Part shown: in pieces, positions 20,931 to 30,462 of the stretch | Position numbering within the stretch: the stretch's first letter is position 1 | Layout: every line of letters starts with the position of its first letter | NCBI GenBank assembly: GCA_027045875.1 | Contig: JALUAG010000052.1 | Span: forward strand, 55,054 to 119,053 | Direction of reading: 5' to 3' | DNA: 64,000 nt | DNA from: Alphaproteobacteria bacterium | GTDB lineage: Bacteria > Pseudomonadota > Alphaproteobacteria > Geminicoccales > Geminicoccaceae | Program-made: the position numbers and the translations under genes | The notes under the pieces: model-generated | Databases searched by the model: none | The model's input: only the letters and a program-made list of their open reading frames with translations | What the model was told of the DNA's origin: nothing

Positions 20931-22103
20931 ATGCCTGTACTCAACCGGGTCGCCGAGTACGGCGACGAACTCGTGGCCTGGCGACGGGACCTCCACGCTC
21001 ATCCCGAGCTCGCGTACGAGGAACATCGCACGGCGGCCTTCGTCGCCGAGAAACTGCGCAGCTTCGGGGTCGACGAGGTGCACACCGGCATCGGCGGTAC
21101 CGGCGTCGTGGGGGTGCTGCGTGCCGGCCGCGGTGAGCGCTCGATCGCCCTGCGGGCGGACATGGACGCCCTGCCCATCGGCGAGGAAACCGGCCTTCCC
21201 TGGGCGTCGCGACACGCCGGCCGGATGCACGCCTGTGGCCACGACGGCCACACCACCATGCTGCTGGGCGCCGCCCGCTACCTGGCCGAGACCCGCCGCT
21301 TCGACGGGACCGTCTACCTGATCTTTCAGCCGGCGGAGGAGGGGCTCGCCGGCGCCAAGGCGATGCTCGACGACGGCCTGCTCGAACGCTTCCCGGCCGA
21401 GCGCGTGTTCGGCATGCACAACTGGCCCTGGCTCGAGGCGGGCCGGTTCGCGGTCCACGAGGGGCCGGTGATGGCCGCCTCGGACGAGTTCCGCATCCGT
21501 CTCCGGGGCAAGGGCTGCCACGCCGCCATGCCCCATCTCGGACGGGACCCGATCGTCGCCGGAGCGGCGCTCGTCCAGGCGCTCCAGACCCTCGTCTCGC
21601 GCGAGGCCGATCCCCTCGAGGCGCTGGTGGTCTCCGTCACCTGCTTCAACGCCGGCGACGCCTACAACGTGATCCCCGAGACGGCCGATCTCGTCGGCAC
21701 CGTGCGCTGCTTCCGCCCCGAGCTGCGGGACCGTACGGAGGAACGGCTCGAGGCCGTCACCGCCGCCATCGCCGAGGCCCACGGGATCTCGGCGGAAGTC
21801 ACCTACCGGCGCGGCTACCCCGCCACCACCAACGCCCCCGAAGAGGCGCGGCTCTGCGCCGAGGTGGCGGCGGAGATCGCCGGTGCCGAGCGGGTCGTCC
21901 GCGACCCGCCGCCTTCGATGGGGGCCGAGGATTTCGCCTTCATGCTGGAGCGGCGGCCGGGGGCCTACGTCTGGCTCGGCCAGGGCGGCGCCGATGAAGG
22001 GCGGCTCCTGCACAGTCCGCACTACGACTTCAACGACGAGGTTCTTCCCCACGGCGTGAGCTTCTGGGTACGCCTCACCGAGCGCCTGCTGCCGGCCGGA
22101 TGA
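20931..22103 (+). CDS. M20D-family amidohydrolase (hippurate hydrolase / N-acyl-amino acid amidohydrolase type)
   Basis: From ATG 20931: LVAWRRDLHAHPELAYEEHRTAAFV, ALRADMDALP, HACGHDGHT, typical of the M20D family. Confidence 0.9.
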   Translation: MPVLNRVAEYGDELVAWRRDLHAHPELAYEEHRTAAFVAEKLRSFGVDEVHTGIGGTGVVGVLRAGRGERSIALRADMDALPIGEETGLPWASRHAGRMHACGHDGHTTMLLGAARYLAETRRFDGTVYLIFQPAEEGLAGAKAMLDDGLLERFPAERVFGMHNWPWLEAGRFAVHEGPVMAASDEFRIRLRGKGCHAAMPHLGRDPIVAGAALVQALQTLVSREADPLEALVVSVTCFNAGDAYNVIPETADLVGTVRCFRPELRDRTEERLEAVTAAIAEAHGISAEVTYRRGYPATTNAPEEARLCAEVAAEIAGAERVVRDPPPSMGAEDFAFMLERRPGAYVWLGQGGADEGRLLHSPHYDFNDEVLPHGVSFWVRLTERLLPAG

Positions 22104-22186
22104 GCGGCGCCCGAAAAAGCTCCGCCGACCCACCTCATAGGGTGCGCGCGGGAGGCCGTCGGGTGTTGCCGCGCGCCCCCGTTCCG

Positions 22187-22202
22187 TTAAGATCCTGTTA
22201 AC
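22187..22202 (+). promoter_or_regulatory. Perfect CtrA box TTAA-N7-TTAAC
   Basis: TTAAGATCCTGTTAAC lies 21 nt upstream of ATG 22223 in an otherwise GC-rich intergenic region. Confidence 0.5.
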
Positions 22203-22222
22203 AAACGGATCGGGACGGAGCG

Positions 22223-22765
22223 ATGACCGAAGAACGATATCCGGGGGAGCGCCGGGGACTGACCCTGTTTCTCGAGGATCTCGCGCCGGTCGTGGCATCG
22301 GAGCTGGGCGACAGCTGCCTGCTCCATCACGCCATCCGGGCGGCACTGCGTTCGGGCAGCCTGCGGCGCCTGCGGCATGCCCGGCGCCTCTTCAACCACC
22401 TTCCGCGCGGGGTGCGTCAGCGGCTGTCCGAGGCGCTCCTCCGGAAAACGCCGCCGTTGCCCAGCCGGGAAGCGCTGCTCGCCGATTACGCCAGCCGTCC
22501 ACCGGCGCCGGTGATCGCCTTCGAGGCCAGCGAGCGCCAGGAAACCGAGCCGGTGCCGCGCGCCGAGCTCCAGCACGAACTCGCCTCCGCCGCCGATCTG
22601 CGGGTGACCATCCGCCCCGGCACGCTGCCGGCGGCGGCCGCCGAGCGGCTGCGGGCCATCGCCGATCTGATCGAGCGGGATCGGCGGTTACTGTCGCCAC
22701 GCTTCTGGCGCCAGCGGCAGCTCGTGGAGCTGGCCGACAACGACCAGGAGGCGGACTGCCGCTGA
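22223..22765 (+). CDS. Hypothetical protein
   Basis: 180-aa ORF with protein-like composition and a GGACGGAG RBS. No family recognised. Confidence 0.5.
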   Translation: MTEERYPGERRGLTLFLEDLAPVVASELGDSCLLHHAIRAALRSGSLRRLRHARRLFNHLPRGVRQRLSEALLRKTPPLPSREALLADYASRPPAPVIAFEASERQETEPVPRAELQHELASAADLRVTIRPGTLPAAAAERLRAIADLIERDRRLLSPRFWRQRQLVELADNDQEADCR

Positions 22766-22817
22766 GGCCCGCCGTCGCGGGCGGCGTCCCGGCCTTCCGC
22801 GACCGGGGCGCTTTCCG

Positions 22818-23387
22818 TCATTCCTGAGGCTGGGCCTCGTCCTCCCGAGGGGCCTTCTTCTGCTGTTCGGCCTGGGCACGCGCCACCGCCTCGTCCAGCT
22901 CGGTCTGGGAGCAGAGTCCCAGTAGCACCGGATCACGGGGGCGAATCTCGGCGCTCTTCCAGTGGGTCCGGTCGCGCACCGCCTGCACCGTGTTCTTGGT
23001 GGTGCCCAGGAGACGGCAGATCTGCTGATCGCTGAGCTCGGGGTGGTGGCGCAGCAGCCAGGCGATGGCGTCCGGCCGGTCCTGGCGCTTCGACAGCGGC
23101 GTGTAGCGCGGCTCCTTGCGCTTGGGCAGCTTGATCTCGTCCGCCACCGACTTGGCCATGCGCAGCCGCGCCTCGGGGTCCTTCTGGCAGCGCTCGATCT
23201 CCTCGCGCGTGAGGATGCCGGCACCGATCGGATCGAGGCCACGGATACCCGTCGCCACCTCGCCGTCGGCGATGGCCTTCACCTCGAGCGGATGCAGCCC
23301 GCAGAACTCGGCGATCTGTTCGAACGTCAGGCTCGTATTGTCCACCAGCCACACGGCGGTGGCCTTCGGCATGAGGGGTTTCGACAT
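22818..23387 (-). CDS. DUF1013-family protein (TrcR-like cell-cycle transcriptional regulator)
   Basis: 189 aa. MPKATAVWLVDNTSLTFEQIAEFCGLHPLEVKAIADGEVA...LTREEI is characteristic of the alphaproteobacterial DUF1013 family. Confidence 0.85.
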   Translation of the reverse strand: MSKPLMPKATAVWLVDNTSLTFEQIAEFCGLHPLEVKAIADGEVATGIRGLDPIGAGILTREEIERCQKDPEARLRMAKSVADEIKLPKRKEPRYTPLSKRQDRPDAIAWLLRHHPELSDQQICRLLGTTKNTVQAVRDRTHWKSAEIRPRDPVLLGLCSQTELDEAVARAQAEQQKKAPREDEAQPQE

Positions 23388-23499
23388 ATGCTTCCGTCTC
23401 CTCTCGCGGCACCCTCCGGCGGACCGAGGGGCCCCGTATCCGGGCGGCGCCGCGCCATGAGATGGCGCGACGGACCCGCGATTGCAACTACCGGTTAGC

Positions 23500-24276
23500 T
23501 CAATCCCGGACCGGCACGGTATAGTTCAGGGCGAGCCGGCCACCGTCGATGTAGACGATCTGGCCGGTCATGTAGCTCGCTTCCTCGCTCGCCAGGAAGA
23601 GGACCACACGTGCCACCTCCTCCGGCGTGCCACAACGGCCCATCGGCGTGCGGGAGAGGATGGTGCGGCGCGCCGCCTCGTCCTCCATGACCGTCGCCAG
23701 GAGCTCGGTGAGGATCGAGCCCGGCGCCACCGCGTTGACGCGGATGTTCTTGTCCGCGAGGGCGAGCGCGGTGGCCCGGGTGAGCTGGTTGATACCGCCC
23801 TTGGCGACGTTATAGGGCACCTGGTCCGGGATCGCCATGATCCCGTTGACCGAGGACATGTTGACGATGGCGCCGCCGCCCCGGGTCGCCATCACCCGCG
23901 CTGCGGCCCGGGTGCAGAGCATCGGCCCCTTGAGATTGACCCGCAGCACGGCGTCGAAATCCTCTTCCGACAGCACGAGGAAGTCGCTCTTGCGGATGAT
24001 GGCCGCGTTGTTGACCAGAATGTCGAGGCGGCCGCCCCATTCGAGGGTGGCATCCACCATGGCGCCCACCTGGCGGGCATCGCCCACGTCGGTGGCGACA
24101 TAGTGGGCGCGGCCGCCGGCGGCTTCGATCTCGGCCACCACCTGCCGGCCCGCCTCCTCGTCGATGTCGGCGACGACGACGCAGGCGCCCTCGGCGGCGA
24201 AGGCCTTGGCGCAGGCCCGTCCGATGCCGCGGCCGGCACCGGTGACGATGGCGACCTTGTTGAGGAACCGCTCCAT
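23500..24276 (-). CDS. SDR-family oxidoreductase
   Basis: From ATG 24276: VAIVTGAGRGIGRA (TGxxxGxG), NNAA, an S...YxxxK triad (YNVAKGG). RBS GGGAGGGAG upstream. Confidence 0.9.
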   Translation of the reverse strand: MERFLNKVAIVTGAGRGIGRACAKAFAAEGACVVVADIDEEAGRQVVAEIEAAGGRAHYVATDVGDARQVGAMVDATLEWGGRLDILVNNAAIIRKSDFLVLSEEDFDAVLRVNLKGPMLCTRAAARVMATRGGGAIVNMSSVNGIMAIPDQVPYNVAKGGINQLTRATALALADKNIRVNAVAPGSILTELLATVMEDEAARRTILSRTPMGRCGTPEEVARVVLFLASEEASYMTGQIVYIDGGRLALNYTVPVRD

Positions 24277-24423
24277 CTCCGCTCCCTCCCGCTCGCGCCG
24301 TTCCGGCAGGATCCCGCAGGCGCGCTTCCTAGCACGACCGGCCACGGATGGTCATCCATCGCGCAACGGCTTGCGCCGTCCGCCTCTTTCGGCTGATCTG
24401 CCGCCGACGCAGCGGGAGGACCG

Positions 24424-26475
24424 ATGACGCAGTCGAGCAAAATCGTCGGGGTCGATGTCGGCGGGACCTTCACCGATCTCGTGATGCTGGATCCGGCCGA
24501 TCCCCGGCGGCCGGTGGCCATCGCCAAGGTGCCGACCACACCCGACAATCAGGCGATCGGCGTGATCCGGGCGATCGAGGCGGCGGCGGTCGAGTTCGGC
24601 GCCGTCGATCTCATCGTCCACGGCACGACGACCACGACCAACGCGATCCTGGAGCGGCGCATCGCCCGCACCGGTCTGATCACGACCCGCGGGTTCCGCG
24701 ACGTGCTCGAGCTCGGCCGCCGCACGCGCCCGCAGCCCTACGGCATGTACGGCGTGTTCGAGCCCCTGATCCCCCGCGAACTGCGGCTCGAGGTGGGCGA
24801 GCGCATGGACTGGCGGGGCGAGGTGCTGGTTCCCCTCGACGAGGAGGAGGTGCGGGCGGCCGCCCGAAGCCTGCTCGCCCGCGGCTGCGAGGCGGTGGTG
24901 ATCCATTTCCTTCACGCCTACGCCAATCCCGCTCACGAGCTGCGGGCCGGCGAGATCGTCCGCGAGCTGTGGCCCAACCCCTACGTCACTCTCGGTCATC
25001 AGGTGCTGTCGGAGTACCGGGAGTTCGAGCGCGGAACCACCGCCGCCGTGAACGCCTGCGTGCAGCCGGTCTTGCACCGCTATCTGACGCGGCTCGTGGA
25101 GGAGCTGCGGGGCCGTGGCTTCGCGGCCCGCCTACTGGTGATGCAGGGCAACGGGGGCACGGTGGCGGCCGAGCTCGCGAGCGCCCAGGCGGCGCGCACG
25201 GTGATGTCGGGCCCGGCCTCGGGAGTGATCGCCGCCGCCCGGACGGGGGCCGCGGCCGGCTTTCCGAACCTGATCACCTACGACATGGGGGGCACCAGCA
25301 CCGACGTGGCGCTGGTGCGCGGCGGCGTGCCCGCGGTCAGCGACGAGCTCGAGGTCGAGTACGCCATGCCGCTGCACGTGCCCATGGTCGACGTCCACAC
25401 GATCGGCGCCGGCGGCGGCTCCATCGCCTGGCTGGACGAGAGCCGGATGCTGCGGGTGGGTCCGCGCAGCGCCGGTGCGGTGCCCGGTCCGGTATGCTAC
25501 GGGCGCGGCGGCACCGAGCCCACCATCACCGACGCCAACCTCGTCCTCGGCCGTCTCGATCCCGCCCGCCTGCTGGCCACCGGTCGCCGGATCACCCGTG
25601 CCGAGGTGGAGGCGGTGATGGTGGAACGCATCGGCCGGCACCTCGGCCTCGACGCCGTCGAGACCGCGGCCGCCATCCTCCGCATCGCCAACGACCGGAT
25701 GGCCGGGGCCATCCGCATGGTCTCGCTGGCCCGCGGGCACGACCCGCGCGACTATGCCCTGTTCGCCTTTGGCGGCGCGGGACCGCTGCACGCCACCGCG
25801 CTCGCGCGCGAGCTCGCGATCCCCCGCGTGCTGATTCCCGCCCGGCCGGGCATCACCAATGCCATCGGCTGCGCGGTGGCGGATCTCCGGCACGACTACG
25901 TGCGCACCGTCAATCGGCCGCTGGAGGAGCTGGAAGCCGACGAACTGGCCGCCATACTCGACGCCCAGTTCGAGGAGGGGCGGCGGCTTCTCCGGCGCGA
26001 GCGGGCGCCCGTCGAAGAGATCACGGCGCTCCTGTCGGCCGACATGCAGTTCCGCGGCCAGACCCATCTCCTGAACGTGCCCGTGGACCGGCAGCATCTC
26101 GACCGCCGCAGCCTCCGGGAGGCCTTCGAGCGGGCCTATTACGACCGCTTCGGCATCGCGCTTCCGGAGCTGGGCGCCCTCCTCGTCAACCTCAAGACGA
26201 GCGTCATCGGCCGTCGGGCGCCCGTCGATCTCGCCCTGCTCGCCGACGGAGAGGAGCGGGCGTCGCGACCGGAGGATGCCATCGAGGAGGAGCGCCCCGT
26301 GTGGTTCGCGGGTGGCTGGCTGACGACCCCGGTCTACGCCCGGGATCGGCTGCCGCTGGAAAGCCGCTTCGAAGGCCCCGCCCTCCTGCGCCAGCTCGAC
26401 ACCACCATCGTCATCGAGCCCGGCGATCGGGTGGAGGTGGACCGGCTCGGCAATCTCCTCGTGTCGGTGGGCTGA
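24424..26475 (+). CDS. hyuA: Hydantoinase/oxoprolinase A subunit (N-methylhydantoinase A family)
   Basis: 683 aa. IVGVDVGGTFTDLV, GTTTTTNA, DMGGTSTDV and IGAGGGSIAW are typical of the Hydantoinase_A family. Confidence 0.9.
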   Translation: MTQSSKIVGVDVGGTFTDLVMLDPADPRRPVAIAKVPTTPDNQAIGVIRAIEAAAVEFGAVDLIVHGTTTTTNAILERRIARTGLITTRGFRDVLELGRRTRPQPYGMYGVFEPLIPRELRLEVGERMDWRGEVLVPLDEEEVRAAARSLLARGCEAVVIHFLHAYANPAHELRAGEIVRELWPNPYVTLGHQVLSEYREFERGTTAAVNACVQPVLHRYLTRLVEELRGRGFAARLLVMQGNGGTVAAELASAQAARTVMSGPASGVIAAARTGAAAGFPNLITYDMGGTSTDVALVRGGVPAVSDELEVEYAMPLHVPMVDVHTIGAGGGSIAWLDESRMLRVGPRSAGAVPGPVCYGRGGTEPTITDANLVLGRLDPARLLATGRRITRAEVEAVMVERIGRHLGLDAVETAAAILRIANDRMAGAIRMVSLARGHDPRDYALFAFGGAGPLHATALARELAIPRVLIPARPGITNAIGCAVADLRHDYVRTVNRPLEELEADELAAILDAQFEEGRRLLRRERAPVEEITALLSADMQFRGQTHLLNVPVDRQHLDRRSLREAFERAYYDRFGIALPELGALLVNLKTSVIGRRAPVDLALLADGEERASRPEDAIEEERPVWFAGGWLTTPVYARDRLPLESRFEGPALLRQLDTTIVIEPGDRVEVDRLGNLLVSVG

Positions 26476-26485
26476 AGGGCCGGCC

Positions 26486-27445
26486 TCAGGCTTCCTCGAG
26501 AAGCGCGTCGGCAGGCTCCCCCGCGGCCGGGGCGGCCAGCACGCGGCCCGCCGGATCGTCGATCCCCGCCGGCACGAGTTCGAGCAGGCCGATCTCGGGA
26601 GGTCGGGCGAAACGGATCGGAAGGCCGGTCGTGCCCACCCCGGCGGTCACGAACAGATGCCGCGCATCCGTTTCGTGGAGCCCGTAGGCCTGGGCACGGG
26701 GCAGGCGGCTCAGGGTCACGAGCGGCCCGAACCCGGGCAGGCACACCTGACCGCCGTGGGTGTGGCCGGCCACCACCAGGCGCACTGCCGGCGGGACCTC
26801 CCGGTGCACATCGGGCATGTGGCTCAGCAGGACCGCGGGCTCACCCTCCGGCAGCTCGGCGAGAGCCGCCTCGAGATCGTGGCGTTCCGTCACCGGATCG
26901 TCGACGCCCGCGAGCCACAGCGGCCGTCCGTCGAGAAAGACGGGCTCGAGCTCGTTGCGGAGTACGCGGATGCCGACCCCCTCCAGAGCCGCCGCCACCC
27001 GCTCGCCGTCGTAGTCCCAGTCGTGGTTGCCGAGCACCGCGAAGGCGCGACCCTCGCGAGCCAGCGGCCGCAGCGCCGCCGCCGCCTCCTCGATCGCCAC
27101 CGGCCGGACGCCCACCGTATCCGTACAGGCGAAATCACCGGGCAGCAGCACGAGATCGGGGGCGAGGGCCAGCGACCGCTCGACGATGCGCGCGATCCGC
27201 TTCGGCGTCATGTGGGGCCAGGCGGCATGGATGTCCGAGAGCACCAGGATGCGCAGGCTGGTGCCGGAGAAACGCCAGGGCCTCCACGGAATGCGGTGGC
27301 GGTGGAGCTGCAGGCGGCGCGGCTCGACCGCCAGCGCATAGGCGCCGAGACCGACCGCGAGCGCCCCGGCGGCGGCCATCAGCGGCATCGCGGCCTCGTC
27401 TCCCGTTGTCGGGGGCGGTATCGGCCCATCGACCTCATCTCCCAT
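26486..27445 (-). CDS. Membrane-anchored metallophosphoesterase (YaeI-like)
   Basis: Calcineurin-like motifs LSDIHA, LPGDF, GNHD, GHTHGGQ after an N-terminal hydrophobic helix. Start is ambiguous (ATG 27445 or ATG 27388). Confidence 0.8.
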   Translation of the reverse strand: MGDEVDGPIPPPTTGDEAAMPLMAAAGALAVGLGAYALAVEPRRLQLHRHRIPWRPWRFSGTSLRILVLSDIHAAWPHMTPKRIARIVERSLALAPDLVLLPGDFACTDTVGVRPVAIEEAAAALRPLAREGRAFAVLGNHDWDYDGERVAAALEGVGIRVLRNELEPVFLDGRPLWLAGVDDPVTERHDLEAALAELPEGEPAVLLSHMPDVHREVPPAVRLVVAGHTHGGQVCLPGFGPLVTLSRLPRAQAYGLHETDARHLFVTAGVGTTGLPIRFARPPEIGLLELVPAGIDDPAGRVLAAPAAGEPADALLEEA

Positions 27446-27571
27446 TCGCGCTCCGCCACGAGGATGGGCGCAGGGATAGAGGAAATCCCTTACGCAAAGG
27501 TTACCAATGGGGGGTCCGGGTCCATCGCGCAACGGGTTATCGCACGGATTGCTGTCGCGAGGCCGGCGTTC

Positions 27572-28786
27572 TCACCCCGGCCCGGCGCGGGTCCGGAGGC
27601 TCGCCGCCATCATGCCGAGGGCGCAGATCAGCATGGCGATGAGGGTGGGATAGGGGGTGCCGTCCTGGACGCTGCCGACGACCTGCACCGCGAGGGCGGC
27701 CATGGTCATCTGGATGAAGCCGGCGAGCCCGGAGGCGGCCCCGGCGACCCTCGGATCGACACTCACCGCGCCGGCCTGGACGTTGGGCAGCGCGGTGCCC
27801 TGGGCGAAGGCGATCACCGCCATCGGCCCGAACAGGGTGACGAGATTCCAGCCCGCCCAGGCCATGAGGGGCAGGCTCGCGGCGGCGACGAGCAGGACGG
27901 TGGCGCTGCCGATGCGGATCATGCGGTCGAGACCGATCCGGCCGGAGAGGTGGGCGGCGAGGAAGTTGCCGCCCATGAAGGACAGCGAGACGATGATGAA
28001 GACGAGACCGTAGACGCTCGCCGGATGGCCCAGCACCTCGACGGTGACGAAAGGGGCACCGCCCAGGAAGGAGAAGAAGAGGGACATGGAGAAGCCGCCG
28101 GTGAGGGCGTAGCCCTGGAAGGCGCGGATGCGGAGCAGGCGCAGCATGTTCGCGGCCATCGCCCGTGGACCGTCCACCGGCCGTTCGAACCGATGGGTTT
28201 CCGGCAGCCGGCGGAGTACCGCTACCAGCACGAGCAGTCCGGCCGCCGCACCCACGGCGAAGACGCTGCGCCAGCCGTAGAGATCGGTGAGGAGGCCGCC
28301 CACCGCCGGTGCGAACATCGGCGCCACCACCATGCCCATGGTGAGATAGGCGATGATGCGGGCGGTGTCCTCGCGCCCGAAGAGGTCGCGGACGATGGTC
28401 CGGGTGAGGACGAAGCCGGTGGCGCCGCCCGCCGCCTGGAGGGTTCGGCCGAGGACGAGCTGAGGGATGGAACCGGCGGCGAAGGCGATCGAGGTACCGG
28501 CGAGGAACAGGCCGAGCCCGCCCAGGATCACCGGCCGGCGGCCGAAGCGGTCGGCCAGCGATCCGGCCACGAGCGTGCTCGCGGCCATGGCCAAGGTGGA
28601 GAGGCTGAAGGTGAGCTGAACGACGGCGGTGCTGCTCGCGAAGGCATCGCGCACCGCCGGCAGTGCCGGGATGAAGATCTGCATCGCCGTCGGCCCGAGG
28701 GCCGTCAGCACCACCAGCAGGAGGAGGAAGCCGGCTCCGGCCGCGGCCGCCGGCACCCGTTCGCCGGATGCGACCGGCCGCTTCAC
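27572..28786 (-). CDS. MFS transporter (Bcr/CflA-like drug-resistance subfamily)
   Basis: About 404 aa with 12 predicted TM helices and the motif GSLADRFGRRPV. The GTG start at 28786 overlaps the upstream permease stop (GTGA). The track ORF's longer N-terminus is shadow over the permease gene. Confidence 0.85.
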   Translation of the reverse strand: MKRPVASGERVPAAAAGAGFLLLLVVLTALGPTAMQIFIPALPAVRDAFASSTAVVQLTFSLSTLAMAASTLVAGSLADRFGRRPVILGGLGLFLAGTSIAFAAGSIPQLVLGRTLQAAGGATGFVLTRTIVRDLFGREDTARIIAYLTMGMVVAPMFAPAVGGLLTDLYGWRSVFAVGAAAGLLVLVAVLRRLPETHRFERPVDGPRAMAANMLRLLRIRAFQGYALTGGFSMSLFFSFLGGAPFVTVEVLGHPASVYGLVFIIVSLSFMGGNFLAAHLSGRIGLDRMIRIGSATVLLVAAASLPLMAWAGWNLVTLFGPMAVIAFAQGTALPNVQAGAVSVDPRVAGAASGLAGFIQMTMAALAVQVVGSVQDGTPYPTLIAMLICALGMMAASLRTRAGPG

Positions 28787-29640
28787 CTCTCGCGGAGGGT
28801 GGCGCTCGCGTGCCAGCGCCGCAGCAGCAGATGCTGGAGCAGGGTGAAGGCGAGAAAGATGAGGATGCCGGCGAGCGAGATCAGCAGCAGGGCGGCGAAC
28901 ATGCGCGGGATCTCGAGGCGCCAGCCGGCCTCCAGGATACGGAAGGCGAGACCGGAGCCGGTACCGCCCGTACCGGCCGCGAACTCGGCCACGATGGCAC
29001 CGATCAGCGCCAGCCCGCCGGCGATCCGCAGCCCGCCCAGGAAGTAGGGCAGCGCCGAGGGCAGCCGCAGATGGAGGAGCTGCTGCCAGCGGCTGGCGCC
29101 GTAGAGCTCGAACAGGTCGCGCAGATTGTGATCGGCGCTGGCGAGGCCGAGGGCGGTGTTGGAGAGGATCGGAAAGAAGGCGACGATCCAGGCGCAGATC
29201 AAGAGCGCCAGGGTGATGTTGTCGACATAGATCAGAATGAGTGGCGCGATGGCCACCACCGGCGTCACCTGCAGGACGACGGCCAGCGGAAACAGGCTGA
29301 GCTCGATCCAGCGGGAGAGCGAGAACAGGACGGCGAGACCGACGCCACCCACGACGGCCACCGCGAGGGCGAGGAAGGTGATGCGCAGGGTGACCAGAAG
29401 CGACGGCCACAGGGAGGGCCAGTTGTCGAGGAGGCTCTGCACCACGAGCAGCGGGCCCGGAAGGATGTAGGGCGGGATCTCGTTGATCCGCACCAGCAGC
29501 TCCCAGCCGCCGACGACCACGACCAGGAGCGCCAGCGGGCCGAAGATGCGCACCAGGAGTTCGAGCCGCGGATCCGGGCGGTCCTCCTCGCCGGCCGCGG
29601 GCCGGATCTCCGGGCTGTCGCTATCGAGGGCCACGGCCAT
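28783..29640 (-). CDS. ABC transporter permease (NitT/TauT family)
   Basis: 285 aa. ILPGP after TM1, an EAA-like loop (ASADHNLRDLFELYGASRWQQLLHLRLPSALPY) and C-terminal AEFAAGTGG..GLAF. Confidence 0.9.
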   Translation of the reverse strand: MAVALDSDSPEIRPAAGEEDRPDPRLELLVRIFGPLALLVVVVGGWELLVRINEIPPYILPGPLLVVQSLLDNWPSLWPSLLVTLRITFLALAVAVVGGVGLAVLFSLSRWIELSLFPLAVVLQVTPVVAIAPLILIYVDNITLALLICAWIVAFFPILSNTALGLASADHNLRDLFELYGASRWQQLLHLRLPSALPYFLGGLRIAGGLALIGAIVAEFAAGTGGTGSGLAFRILEAGWRLEIPRMFAALLLISLAGILIFLAFTLLQHLLLRRWHASATLRER

Positions 29641-29643
29641 CGT

Positions 29644-30462
29644 TCACTCTCCCATCGCCCGCCGCAGCTCGGCCGAAACCCGGCGGCAGGCCTCGGTGTA
29701 GGTCGGCGACAGGCGGAAGGCCTCGTCGCGCGGATGGGGCACGGGGATCGGGATCTCGCCGGTGATGCGCCCGGGACGGGCGGCCATCACCAGGATCCGC
29801 TCGGAGAGATAGACGCTCTCGTAGACGCTGTGGGTGACGAAGACCACCGTCCAGTTCTCCTTCGCCCACAGGTTCAGCAGCTCGTTGTTGAGCTTGAAGC
29901 GGGTGATCTCGTCGAGCGCCGCGAAGGGCTCGTCCATCAAAAGCAGCTTGGGACGGGTGACCAGGGCGCGGGCGATGGAAGCCCGCATCTTCATGCCGCC
30001 CGAGAGTTCGCGCGGATAGGCGCGGGCGAAATCCGAAAGGCCGACCATGGCGAGGGCCCGCTCCACTTCCTCGCCGGCCTCGCGCCGCCCCCGACCCTGG
30101 AGCCGGAGTGGCAGCCAGACGTTGTCGAACACCGTGGCCCAGGGCATCAGGGTCGGCTCCTGGAACACGAAGCCGATGTCGCCCCGGGAGATGCGCCGGT
30201 GCCACAGGATGCGCCCGCGGCTGGGCCGCAGCAGGCCGGCAATGAGCCGCAGCACCGTGCTCTTGCCGCAGCCGGACGGCCCGAGCAGGCTCACGAAGGC
30301 GTGCCGGCCGACGGCGAAATCCAGGCCCTCGAGCGCCACCGTTCCGCTGCCGAAGGTCTTGCCGACGTCCCGCAGCTCGAACAGCGGCGCGCCTCCGGCC
30401 GGCGCCGGCTCTTCGCGGCGCCGCCGGTCGCCCGCCGGCCGGTCGACGACGCCCACTCTCAT
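29644..30462 (-). CDS. ABC transporter ATP-binding protein (NitT/TauT family)
   Basis: From ATG 30462: Walker A GPSGCGKST, Q-loop FQEPTLMPW, signature LSGGMKMR, Walker B LLLMDEPFAALD, H-loop VTHS. The ATG overlaps the SBP gene stop (ATGA). Confidence 0.9.
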   Translation of the reverse strand: MRVGVVDRPAGDRRRREEPAPAGGAPLFELRDVGKTFGSGTVALEGLDFAVGRHAFVSLLGPSGCGKSTVLRLIAGLLRPSRGRILWHRRISRGDIGFVFQEPTLMPWATVFDNVWLPLRLQGRGRREAGEEVERALAMVGLSDFARAYPRELSGGMKMRASIARALVTRPKLLLMDEPFAALDEITRFKLNNELLNLWAKENWTVVFVTHSVYESVYLSERILVMAARPGRITGEIPIPVPHPRDEAFRLSPTYTEACRRVSAELRRAMGE

